Source: a virus (Duplodnaviria; Caudoviricetes). From it: 37,837 bases of DNA. Each line of letters starts with the position of its first letter. Positions within the stretch are counted from its first letter, which is position 1. The notes below the pieces were generated by a model. That model was not told the DNA's origin. It was given only the letters and a program-made list of their open reading frames with translations, and did not search any database. Location of the stretch: IMG/VR virus record IMGVR_UViG_3300012347_000374, positions 1 to 37,837 of that record; one strand, 5' to 3'. Made by a program: the position numbers and the translations under genes. Positions 8,286-16,992 of this stretch are shown here, one piece after another.

Positions 8286-8626
8286 TCGTGCGCGAACAAC
8301 TCAAATATCTGCTTGAGGCCCACTCAGACGGCCTCACCATCCCGCAAATGATGGAGCGCACCGGCAAGCCCAACGCGCACCTGTTTCGGGTGCTGCACGA
8401 AAACAAAGGCTTCTACATTGCCGATTGGCTAGAGAGCAACGGCAAAGGCCCGCGCCCCGCCCTGTGGAAGTGGTCAGACACACCGCAGCGCAACAAGCCA
8501 AAGCCATACGTGGGCAACACCAAAGCCAAGCGGCCAGTGGTGAACCTAGTGAGGCCAATGGCTCCACGCGCAATACACACAACCATCCGCGGGCCTTGGC
8601 CTTATGAATTGAGGGGTGAGCAATGA
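8282..8626 (+). CDS. Hypothetical wHTH-like protein
   Basis: DGLT...M..RTG...FYIA.W..GPRPALW pattern. Confidence 0.65.
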   Translation: MIVREQLKYLLEAHSDGLTIPQMMERTGKPNAHLFRVLHENKGFYIADWLESNGKGPRPALWKWSDTPQRNKPKPYVGNTKAKRPVVNLVRPMAPRAIHTTIRGPWPYELRGEQ

Positions 8627-8853
8627 CAAACGAAGCAATCATGCTCCAGCGCATCGACGCGCTCACTAGCGCCGTGCAGTTCATGGCCTCTGCACTAGGC
8701 CAGCGCCTCACACGCGCCCAGCTCTGCGACCGCATGGGTGTGCACCGCAACACCTTGGCCAAGCTAATGAAAGACCCTACGTTTCCACTGCCAGGCAAAG
8801 ATGGCAAGTGGTTGTTGAGTGATGTGATCTCTTGGGAAACGCACTCAAAATGA
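8623..8853 (+). CDS. xis: Excisionase / AlpA-like HTH
   Basis: LTRAQLC.RMGVHRNTL...FP.P...GKWLLSDV..WE; near the integrase. Confidence 0.75.
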   Translation: MTNEAIMLQRIDALTSAVQFMASALGQRLTRAQLCDRMGVHRNTLAKLMKDPTFPLPGKDGKWLLSDVISWETHSK

Positions 8854-9095
8854 CCCCTCAAAAGCGTGGCCGGTCAAAGAGCAAAAAACAAATGCTCTTT
8901 GGCACTCGCAAGCGTCGGCCGTGTCATTACTGCGAAAAAGAGTTGACCTTTAAAACGGCAACGCTTGACCATGTCATCCCATTGTCCCGCGGCGGCTACG
9001 ACCGCCTAAAAAATGTTGTGCTTTGTTGCTCAGACTGCAACCAGAAAAAAGCAGATCTGCACGTGGACAAATTCAAAAAAATATATGGCCTGTGA
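8850..9095 (+). CDS. HNH endonuclease
   Basis: CHYC...TLDHVIPLSRGG...N.V.CC..CN..K. Confidence 0.9.
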   Translation: MTPQKRGRSKSKKQMLFGTRKRRPCHYCEKELTFKTATLDHVIPLSRGGYDRLKNVVLCCSDCNQKKADLHVDKFKKIYGL

Positions 9096-10085
9096 TTAGG
9101 TCATGCGCTTGGCCAGCTCTGCCGCGCTTGGATTGAAATATGTAAGGGCTCGGGTGGTCGTCTTCCACCCAAACACCTTGCACAAGTCCAGCACATGCAG
9201 TTTTTGCGCAAGGCGCGTGGCCGCTGTGTGGCGTGCGTCGTGGAAAGTAAAACCATCCAGCCCGGCACGCCCACGGGCTTTTCTAAACAGCGCATCGAGC
9301 GTTTGGCTCTTGATGCCAAACACCAGCTCATCGTCCCACCCCTTGAGCTTATCCAGCGCACGGCGCACGGCGGGTGTCATAGGCACATCGCGCTTGCCAG
9401 TTTTGCCAGCCTTGATGCGCAAGTGGCTGGCCATCACATCGTCCCACTCTAGCCCGCACAGCTCACCGGCACGCATACCGTTTTGCAGCGCCACAAAAAA
9501 GCACACGGCCACGGCCTCGCTCACGCTTCGCACACGATCAGACGGCCACCCAAGCTGACGCAGCATGATGCGCACCTCTGGCCCGCTGATAACGCGCTCA
9601 CGATGGTCAGGCTCCGCAGGGCGGCGCACATCGCGCATGATGTTGACCGTGCACCACCCCCACTCACGCTTGGCCCGCTCAAACACCGCAGCCAGCACAG
9701 ACATATCGCGCAGCACCGTGCCACGCGACACCTTGGCCAGCCGCGCATCGCGCCACATGGCAATGTCGGACGGCGTGATCTCTGCAAACTTCTTGAGCAA
9801 CGGCAAAGGCTTGTGCTCGGGCGACTCAAATGCCTTTAGGCGCACCACCTCCCACCGCTCCCCCTTTTTGGTGGGGCTCACATCTTCGGCGTACCGGCGC
9901 AGCGCATCGCGCAGGGTTTTGATGGAGCCAGCTTGGCCAGAGCCGATCAGGCGCAACTCAGTGGCGCGGCGTGCTGCCCAAATCTCAATCTCGCGCTTGG
10001 TGTCCATCGTTTTGGACTCGCGCACACCGCCAATTTCGATTTGGATTTGCCAGCGACCAGCCGCTGTTTTCTTGGGGGTTGCCAT
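9096..10085 (-). CDS. int: Tyrosine integrase
   Basis: GMRAGEL, K.G, FHDARHTAAT, GW...LTY catalytic motifs. Confidence 0.95.
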   Translation of the reverse strand: MATPKKTAAGRWQIQIEIGGVRESKTMDTKREIEIWAARRATELRLIGSGQAGSIKTLRDALRRYAEDVSPTKKGERWEVVRLKAFESPEHKPLPLLKKFAEITPSDIAMWRDARLAKVSRGTVLRDMSVLAAVFERAKREWGWCTVNIMRDVRRPAEPDHRERVISGPEVRIMLRQLGWPSDRVRSVSEAVAVCFFVALQNGMRAGELCGLEWDDVMASHLRIKAGKTGKRDVPMTPAVRRALDKLKGWDDELVFGIKSQTLDALFRKARGRAGLDGFTFHDARHTAATRLAQKLHVLDLCKVFGWKTTTRALTYFNPSAAELAKRMT

Positions 10086-10302
10086 TTGGGGATTTTGATG
10101 GGGATTTTTTAGGGGTTGCTATGTGCAAACCAGTGCAAGTGATGCACTTTACCAAATCACGCTCAATCTAGAAACCCTGTATTTGTGCGGGTTTGTGCTG
10201 TGGTTGCACTTGATTGAATTGGCTAATGGTGCCCGAGGCCGGAATCGAAAACTTTGGATTCATGCGCCTCAAGCCCGTTTTTTGGGGGTGAAATGGGGGT
10301 AA
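10069..10302. mobile_element. attP: core identical in form to a tRNA-Leu 3' end (10227-10249), flanked by arm-type repeats
   Basis: Minus strand TTCGATTCCGGCCTCGGGCACCA (T-loop to CCA); TGGGG(A/G)T direct repeats at 10069-10117 and 10278-10302. Confidence 0.85.
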
Positions 10303-10406
10303 GAATCCGCAATGAATGCAGCGTCTCCCGCCTGTGGAGGTATTTTCGCACAAAGGCACATCCACAACACCGCACAAAAGAAATTCTAATTTTGTAATAC
10401 TTTAAT

Positions 10407-10434
10407 TTGCAATATACGCCATTTGGTGTATATT
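10407..10434 (+). promoter_or_regulatory. Putative promoter of c4 locus overlapped by a 24-bp inverted repeat
   Basis: TTGCAA 10407-10412, TATATT 10429-10434; AATATACGCCA-TT-TGGTGTATATT at 10411-10434. Confidence 0.5.
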
Positions 10435-10483
10435 TTTAACCAGCACTTGTTTTGTGCTGACTGCGATGGCGTCCAATAAAACT

Positions 10484-10557
10484 GGCGGCTCGGGTGTGGG
10501 GCCACAAGCCCACTGGTCCCGAAGGGTGCGCCAGTACGCCAACGCGCCCGAGCTTCC
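10484..10557 (+). ncRNA. c4-like antisense RNA (P1/P7 c4, P4 CI type)
   Basis: Outer stem GGCTCGGGTG/CGCCCGAGCT, two inner hairpins (GGGC..GCCC; ACTGG..CCAGT), single-stranded ACGCCAA with complementary targets TTGGCGT (10564-10570) and ATGGCGT (10466-10472). Confidence 0.75.
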
Positions 10558-10612
10558 ACCCGATTGGCGTTGGGTGGCGGCCTGTATCAAAGCACCCACG
10601 GAGGCCAACAGC

Positions 10613-10858
10613 ATGGCAACCATCTACACCTACACTGCAGACAGGAAGCGCCCACGCAATGGGCAAGGCCCGCGCAAAACAATCGGCGCAAAAATCATTC
10701 GGCTGATTCAGTTCAAAGCGCAGAAAAACGAAGCGCGCCAAGCGCAGGCACGCCACGCGCATCAGATAAAAATGCATCGTGGCGCGATTGAGCAGTCTGA
10801 AAGCATTATTCACCAGCTACGGTATGAGCTGGCGAAGATGATGCAGAGTTTTCGATAA
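10613..10858 (+). CDS. Hypothetical basic protein downstream of c4-like RNA (candidate antirepressor or host inhibitor)
   Basis: GGAGG at 10600-10604, ATG 10613; in frame with an upstream Ash-like reading frame (YAN.P motif). Confidence 0.6.
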   Translation: MATIYTYTADRKRPRNGQGPRKTIGAKIIRLIQFKAQKNEARQAQARHAHQIKMHRGAIEQSESIIHQLRYELAKMMQSFR

Positions 10859-11081
10859 CCTCAATGACGTCAGGATTTGCAGCCAAGAATGCTTTGAGTT
10901 TTTCTTTGGCACTTTCCACGGCGCAAACCGCAGGCGCTTCGACCACTGGCGCAACTTCGGATGCGCGGATTTCTTCGGCCTCTGCTTCGCTGATCTTCAC
11001 AGAGCCAGCTGGGAGCAAATACTCGTGCGATTCGTCATCGAGCCAGTGCAGTTTGTTTTCGGTGTCTTTGTAGTTTGGCAT
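10806..11081 (-). CDS. Small tail-fibre-associated protein
   Basis: AAGGA RBS; follows the fibre gene; LLP.G.V.I.E.EA..I motif. Confidence 0.7.
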   Translation of the reverse strand: MPNYKDTENKLHWLDDESHEYLLPAGSVKISEAEAEEIRASEVAPVVEAPAVCAVESAKEKLKAFLAANPDVIEVIENSASSSPAHTVAGE

Positions 11082-11093
11082 TTTGTTTTTCCT

Positions 11094-11963
11094 TTAGCGA
11101 AGTTCATTCCAATAAGTTAAAGTCCCGCCATACACAACCGAATAACTAGCGCCAACAGGTATTACTGCATTGCAAATGTTATACACAGTATTTGGTTGAA
11201 TCAAAGACCCATTTACAGTTAACCCGCTACCACCAGCACTCCAACATGCAACTAAATGTATGGGCTTTCCTGTTGTGTTGTAGTAAATAGTTCCAGACGC
11301 TCGGCTTGCTGTTACGTTCTGCCAAGTCTGCCCATAACCCAATCCGACACCGGCAACATCGCCAGATCGAATCTGACCACCAATACCTTGAATCTTTGAA
11401 GGCGCTGCCGCCCAAGTTCCTGCCGTTGTTTGTGTGCTTTCAACAAAACCAACGATGCGGAAAGGTACGTTTGTCCGCGCTGTTGCTGAATAAATCACGC
11501 TTGCACTGTCAGCAGCACCATCAATAACAGTCGTACTTATCAGACTTGATTCATCCAAAGCTAATGAGCTATTGCAAACTGCCAGCTCAACAGTGCCAGC
11601 GTTGTCAATAGCCAGCAGCATCACCTTTGAAAGCGTGGCATTTGCAGTGCCAAGCGTTGCACCCGAAGGCACGACAGCGTTGATGGCCGATGAAATGGTG
11701 CGCGTGTTGACCGTTCCACTGCCAAGCGTGGCTGATCGAAAATCAAGCGTGGTCGGGTTGAGCGTGACGGTCAGCGCATTGGATGCGACCGAGGCCGCGA
11801 TGGGTTTGAGCTCAACAAAACCCATGGCCGTGCGGGCATCCGAAGGGTTGCCGCTTGTGCCTAGAAGGCCTGTGATGTAGTCCCACAACGCACCAAAACC
11901 AGCTTTGGCCTCGGCGTTTGTGGGTGTGCCCGCTATTGCGGCTCTGTCGGGTGCTGCTGCCAT
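11094..11963 (-). CDS. Tail fibre / receptor-binding protein
   Basis: Ser/Thr/Ala-rich beta protein; C-terminal GLGYGQTWQNVT.SR..GT.YYNTTGKPI domain; follows tip protein. Confidence 0.8.
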   Translation of the reverse strand: MAAAPDRAAIAGTPTNAEAKAGFGALWDYITGLLGTSGNPSDARTAMGFVELKPIAASVASNALTVTLNPTTLDFRSATLGSGTVNTRTISSAINAVVPSGATLGTANATLSKVMLLAIDNAGTVELAVCNSSLALDESSLISTTVIDGAADSASVIYSATARTNVPFRIVGFVESTQTTAGTWAAAPSKIQGIGGQIRSGDVAGVGLGYGQTWQNVTASRASGTIYYNTTGKPIHLVACWSAGGSGLTVNGSLIQPNTVYNICNAVIPVGASYSVVYGGTLTYWNELR

Positions 11964-11981
11964 TTTGGTTTCCCTTTCAAA

Positions 11982-14900
11982 TTAGTAGGCTTGAATTACC
12001 GCATCCACCAAACCTTGGTGTGCGTTTCCGTTTTTGTCTATCACCTGCACAAAGGCAGTTTGCTTGTCCAAAATTCTGGCGCTCACGCCCAAGTTGCCAT
12101 CGTCTTGAATGGTGAGCTGAATGTTTTTGATGACGTTCACCGTCTGTCCTAGCGGCAAATATGTGCCTGCAATGTTGATGACCACATCGTTCAGACTGAT
12201 GTTGATGTCTGGCACATCCAGCACAGCCGAGAGGGTTTTGATGGCGTCTTGGCCAAGCCCACCGGCCATGGATATTCTGAACTCAAATATCTCACTGCTG
12301 GTAGTTTCTAACTCGCCAGGCCACGGCAGCCATGAGCTGGCTTGCCCATAAAACGGGTCAGTATCTGCGCCATAAAAAAAGTCAGCATCCACACCATAAA
12401 AAGGCGACTGATTGCCGCGCAAGTATTCGATGGTGTAGCTGGTGGCCACAATGTCGTGCTGCAATTTCAACAGTCCAGCAGCTGTGGGCACAAGTGAAAA
12501 TTGGTAGACACTTGGCAGGCATGATGCGGCCCCATAAAAGCTCACAGAGTCTGCGTCATAAAACGCCGCATTGTCTGCACCATAAAACGTGTCAGTGCCA
12601 TCGGCCACCAACCAGCCACCACTCACCGTGCAGTTTGTTTTTGTGCCAAGCCATGCCGTGTGCTGTGGCCAATCGAGCAAGATGTTGTCCACCAGCGTGT
12701 CGCCCAAGTTGAGCGTGATGGTGGCGGCGTTGACGCTTTCATTGCCCGATGTGTCCACCGCTTTTATAAGCAGCGTGCAAAGGCCAGATGGGCGGCGCAC
12801 CAGCGAGTAAGGCATCTCGGTAATCAAACCATCATGCAGGTCGGATGCCGTAGGCCACCAAGTGTTTTGGCCATACTGAAAGCGGATTTTGTAGCCAGCC
12901 AAATCGACCACATCGACAGCGCTCCAATTGAGCACGCTGTTGTTGATGGTGAACAGGGTCACATCAGGCGGCGGTGCAGACACGCCCACCACGGTGTATG
13001 ACACGCGCTTGGCCTCACCAAAGTGGCCAATGCTGTTGTGCGGGCGAACCTCGATGTTCCAAGTTTCCGACAATCCCCCCACCCAAGCGAAGCTCAGGCC
13101 CGTGGTGGACCCCATCAGCACGGGCGATGCACCACCTGTGCTGCCCCATATCTGCACACCCGCCGCTGGGCCGCTGAGCTCAAACTGTACCGTCAGCTCT
13201 GTGCTGTAGGTGTTGCCCTGCCTTTTCAGCACCTCACGCACCAAGGCTGACAAACAGTTTGGCACTTTGTCCAACAGGCTTCGGTTGGGTGGCGGCGTGT
13301 AGTCGCCATTCAGCACATAAGGCCAAAACTCATCCGGCAACGGCGTGACGGTAACCTTGGCCCCGCCTTGGTTGTCTGCCGGTTGTATTTGGGTGACCAC
13401 CACTTTTTGGCCCGGTGTGGCTTTGAAATCGTAAATCCAAAGCGCATCCATAGGCTGGCCGTTTGCACCGGGCAAAGGCACACCACTTGGCCACGCCCCC
13501 ACCAGCGTCACGGCGCGGGCGCTTCCTGTGAATGTGGCCACCGTGAAAATGCGGTATTGAGACTCGCCAATCAAGCGCAGGCCGATGTAGGCGCTGCCCG
13601 ATGTTGGCGCGGGGATGGAATCATCTAATGTGAGCGTGACCGTGCCAGACGCATTGACCGCGCTTTGCACGCGCCCGCTGTAGCCCCACTGCGTCATGTC
13701 ATGGCTCAGGGCCAACACCGTGCCGCGCTTGTAGGTTAAAAACTCAAGGTCTTGGTCAAACGTGATCGACTTGCCCATGTAGATGTTTTGCGCCATGGCG
13801 TGACGCGCCAAAATGGCGGCGTGTGCCTCGCTGGTGATGCCCATGTTGGACAGCCGCGCCGTGTTGGTGGGCACAGATACGGCGGGGCTTTGCACGCGCA
13901 GGCTGTTCCACTGGTGGTTGGCGGCTTCATCAAAAAAGCCATATTCAATTTCGTCAGCGCGGTCGCCAGCGGCATAACCCACGCTGAATGAGCGGGCCTT
14001 GATGTTGCCCATGTTGATGACACCCTCGACAGGCGCATCATCGGCCAACCACTGCACACCCAGCTTGCCACCCGCCCAACTGATTGAGCCCATACCTGCG
14101 TAGGCAATGGACTCCAGCAAGTCGCCAATGCTCATGGTTTGTTGCATGACCGCATCAAACTTGAAACCCTTGGCCGCACACCACACCATGAACGCCTTGA
14201 GCGATTCAATATCGATGCGTGAATCAGCCCAGCCCAAGCCCGCAATGAGCTTGCTGTTTTCGTCGTAGATGCCACGGGCCAGCTGCAATATTTGTGCGCC
14301 AGGGTTACTCAGGCCATTGGCCGAGCTGGTGGCCGTGGTCCAAGCGCTGCCATTCCAGTAAGGCATGGGCCGCGCAGTGGCCACCCAGTTTAACTGGTCA
14401 AGGCTGCCCGTGAGCTGGCCACTGGCCTTGATGCTGAGCGCCACCAACGATTGCCCAGGGTAAGTGGTGAGGTCTGGTTGAAACGACTTGAGCTGCGTCC
14501 ATGTGACGGTGTTTTGTGCACTGGTGGACGTTTCGTTTTGTGTGACCTTGCGGATGCGCACATCGTATTGGCCAGCAGGTACGTCTAAGTTAATGCTGAC
14601 GCGCAGAGGCTTTGTGCTGGCGTTTGAGTAAACAGCAGTGCCGTCAGGATAAGCAACAGTTCTCCACGAATAGATTGGGGTTTCAGATGGCTGCCCATCT
14701 TCGTATGTGCCATATTCATAACCCGAAATAAATCTTTCTTGATACGTTGAGCCAGTTGGCACACCAACCCAAGTGCTTGAACCTGTTGGCCTGTACTCCA
14801 CATTGAGCGCAACCTCTTTGGAAACATAAGCCCCAGAGCTTGTGCTCACACCAAACAAAGACATCTCAAAGTCAATACCAATGCGAATGGTGTCTGTGCT

Positions 14901-15713
14901 GGTGGTGCGCTGCACCCACGGGCCTGTGCCGCTTGGCGCGTCCAACAAAGCACCTGTAATGGTGTCCACGCTGTTGGCTGGCAGATCGGATGGCCACGAT
15001 GATTCTGGCAAACCTTTTGACCGAATGGTGACACCCTCATACACGCTCAGCGCGGTTTGGCCAATGCGCAATGAATCGACCCGCTGCAAGTTGATGCCGC
15101 CGTGGAAGATTTGGGTTAGGTATTGGTCCTCACCGCTGAAATAGGTCCAAGGCTGGCCAGCCAAGTCGGGCACGACATAGGGCTGGCCCAAGATCAAGCT
15201 CATGGGCTCCCACATGCGGGCGCTGTTTCGGCCACCGCTTAGGCTGTAGGTTGGCTGAGTTTCGTTGCTTGCCTTCATCATAGAAGGAAGGCTTGGCGGT
15301 AGCACTTTATTGATAATCATCGTGCCAGCAACTACAACACTGGCAGTTATCAAGGCGGCAGTCGTCCCCTCCGCTCCATAATAAAGCGCCACCTCTGGCG
15401 CAAAATAATAAAGAGCAATAGTCGCAATGATTCGCAGCGTGTCATTGTCATGCACCGCCCGCCGACACTCAATCACCACCCCGTGCTTGACCCGCGTGCG
15501 CCCCCACATGAGCGCTGGCACTTGGCGGCCATCAAGCTCCACAATCCAACCATCATCCACACCCGCGCTGAACAGCACAGAGGCAAGGCTTTCACCCTCG
15601 GCCATCATCACGGCCACGCTGGTCTGGCCATGCAATGTGAGCGGGTGCGGCGTGACCACCAGACGCGCAAGGCGGTCAATGGGTTGGGCGGCTGTGTGGC
15701 GCATTATTTCCAT
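11982..15713 (-). CDS. Tail tip / host-specificity protein (lambda J-like, with N-terminal gpI-like region)
   Basis: ~1243 aa; GQYDVRIRK, SNP...LARG, FN3-like PPPDV..F segments; follows NlpC gene. Confidence 0.88.
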   Translation of the reverse strand: MEIMRHTAAQPIDRLARLVVTPHPLTLHGQTSVAVMMAEGESLASVLFSAGVDDGWIVELDGRQVPALMWGRTRVKHGVVIECRRAVHDNDTLRIIATIALYYFAPEVALYYGAEGTTAALITASVVVAGTMIINKVLPPSLPSMMKASNETQPTYSLSGGRNSARMWEPMSLILGQPYVVPDLAGQPWTYFSGEDQYLTQIFHGGINLQRVDSLRIGQTALSVYEGVTIRSKGLPESSWPSDLPANSVDTITGALLDAPSGTGPWVQRTTSTDTIRIGIDFEMSLFGVSTSSGAYVSKEVALNVEYRPTGSSTWVGVPTGSTYQERFISGYEYGTYEDGQPSETPIYSWRTVAYPDGTAVYSNASTKPLRVSINLDVPAGQYDVRIRKVTQNETSTSAQNTVTWTQLKSFQPDLTTYPGQSLVALSIKASGQLTGSLDQLNWVATARPMPYWNGSAWTTATSSANGLSNPGAQILQLARGIYDENSKLIAGLGWADSRIDIESLKAFMVWCAAKGFKFDAVMQQTMSIGDLLESIAYAGMGSISWAGGKLGVQWLADDAPVEGVINMGNIKARSFSVGYAAGDRADEIEYGFFDEAANHQWNSLRVQSPAVSVPTNTARLSNMGITSEAHAAILARHAMAQNIYMGKSITFDQDLEFLTYKRGTVLALSHDMTQWGYSGRVQSAVNASGTVTLTLDDSIPAPTSGSAYIGLRLIGESQYRIFTVATFTGSARAVTLVGAWPSGVPLPGANGQPMDALWIYDFKATPGQKVVVTQIQPADNQGGAKVTVTPLPDEFWPYVLNGDYTPPPNRSLLDKVPNCLSALVREVLKRQGNTYSTELTVQFELSGPAAGVQIWGSTGGASPVLMGSTTGLSFAWVGGLSETWNIEVRPHNSIGHFGEAKRVSYTVVGVSAPPPDVTLFTINNSVLNWSAVDVVDLAGYKIRFQYGQNTWWPTASDLHDGLITEMPYSLVRRPSGLCTLLIKAVDTSGNESVNAATITLNLGDTLVDNILLDWPQHTAWLGTKTNCTVSGGWLVADGTDTFYGADNAAFYDADSVSFYGAASCLPSVYQFSLVPTAAGLLKLQHDIVATSYTIEYLRGNQSPFYGVDADFFYGADTDPFYGQASSWLPWPGELETTSSEIFEFRISMAGGLGQDAIKTLSAVLDVPDINISLNDVVINIAGTYLPLGQTVNVIKNIQLTIQDDGNLGVSARILDKQTAFVQVIDKNGNAHQGLVDAVIQAY

Positions 15714-16144
15714 TCGTAAAAACCTTCGATGCGCTGGCCTCGCCATGCGAAGTCGCGCAAGTTATTCAAAGCCACACCACCCATTGGGCGACTGTTGTGC
15801 AGCACCCACCACTGGCCGTTGTGGTCTAGCACCACGCCGATGTGCCACAGCTCGCCCGCCTCACTTGGCCCCACCAGCAGCACCGCGCAGCCATGCACGG
15901 GCTCTTTGATTTGGGTGGCCAGCTCGTCACGCGCGGCGCGTATTTGTGCGCCCTGCCCCATGCGGCCTTGGGCGTGTGCCATGTGGCGTGCAGGCAAGGC
16001 AAGTTTTCGGCCAAATATTTCAGCCTGCACTTTGAGGTACAGGTGGGCACAGTCAAACTCGCCATCGATGTAGGGCAGGCCAACATAGGTTTGCGCCTGC
16101 TTAAAGTCGGCGGCGTGGTTGCGGGTAGCTTGGGTGGCTGTCAT
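15704..16144 (-). CDS. NlpC/P60 tail tip assembly protein (gpK-like)
   Basis: YVGLPY...FDC, HIGV, VLH motifs. Confidence 0.9.
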   Translation of the reverse strand: MTATQATRNHAADFKQAQTYVGLPYIDGEFDCAHLYLKVQAEIFGRKLALPARHMAHAQGRMGQGAQIRAARDELATQIKEPVHGCAVLLVGPSEAGELWHIGVVLDHNGQWWVLHNSRPMGGVALNNLRDFAWRGQRIEGFYEWK

Positions 16145-16147
16145 GGC

Positions 16148-16621
16148 TTAACCTGCAAACAAGGCGGGCGCGGTGGCGGGATCAAAGCGCAGGCGCACCG
16201 CGCTTTGGCGCATGGCGTCGTCTAGGCCGAAGCTGCAACTCACCACCGTGGGGGTGACGTTGATGGATGTGAGCTGGCCAATGAACTCAAAGTCCACCAC
16301 CGAAGGCGTGGCACGGCTCACCACACGGATGGTGGCGGTGAGCGATGCGCCCACAGGTAAACCTTCTAGCAAGCTGGTCAGCGCGCGGCCCACGTTGTCG
16401 AGCTGCAAGGTGGCGCGTGGGTTTTCTTTTTGGGCCTGTGTGGGCAGCTTGAGGCGAAATGGCAGGCCCACATAGGTGTCTGCGCCAATCGTCCAATCGC
16501 GGGTGTCGTTGACCACATGCAGCGGGTTAGCAAAGCTGGCATGGTCGATCAGCAGCAACTCAAGAATGCCTTGGTTGTCGCTGATGCTTTGCAGCGCGGT
16601 GGTGGTGGTGGCGCTAACCAT
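16148..16621 (-). CDS. DUF1833-family minor tail protein
   Basis: LL.IDH...PL.VVND...PF.L.LP...L.LDNV...RFDP..APALF; start MVSATT. Confidence 0.8.
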   Translation of the reverse strand: MVSATTTTALQSISDNQGILELLLIDHASFANPLHVVNDTRDWTIGADTYVGLPFRLKLPTQAQKENPRATLQLDNVGRALTSLLEGLPVGASLTATIRVVSRATPSVVDFEFIGQLTSINVTPTVVSCSFGLDDAMRQSAVRLRFDPATAPALFAG

Positions 16622-16989
16622 CAGTAGGCGCTCCGCAGGTATTCGAGCTGCAAGCTGCGCTCGGCAAACGTCCACGCATTGCTGCCAGGCTTGAGTGCGC
16701 CAAGGTTGCCGCCCACGATGCGGGCTTGCACTGCGGTGCTGGTGCGCGGGTTGGTCCAAGTGAACCAATCTGTGCCGCCGCCAATTTGGCTGTATACCCA
16801 ATCCTCAAAATCTGTGGCGTTGGCCTGTGTGCGGAAATACAGGGTGACGGGCACGGTCACCATGGTGTCGCTGGCCATGCGGCGTTGCTTGGGCACACCG
16901 CGCTCCATCTCTGAGCGCAGCACCACCGAGGCGGGCTGCTCTGCTGTGTCGGACCATCGTATGCCCACGTAGCTTGGAAAAGTTGCCAT
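16621..16989 (-). CDS. Distal tail protein (gpM-like)
   Basis: RSEMERG.PKQRR, F..W....I.GG.DWF.W..P; follows the TMP. Confidence 0.75.
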   Translation of the reverse strand: MATFPSYVGIRWSDTAEQPASVVLRSEMERGVPKQRRMASDTMVTVPVTLYFRTQANATDFEDWVYSQIGGGTDWFTWTNPRTSTAVQARIVGGNLGALKPGSNAWTFAERSLQLEYLRSAY

Positions 16990-16992
16990 GCC

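Noticed and set aside
10227-10249. tRNA gene
   Set aside because: Only the T-loop-to-CCA end is present, with no D or anticodon arm; it is the att core
11094-11963. Diversity-generating retroelement or invertible tail-fibre cassette
   Set aside because: No reverse transcriptase, no invertase and no second copy of the fibre C-terminus seen
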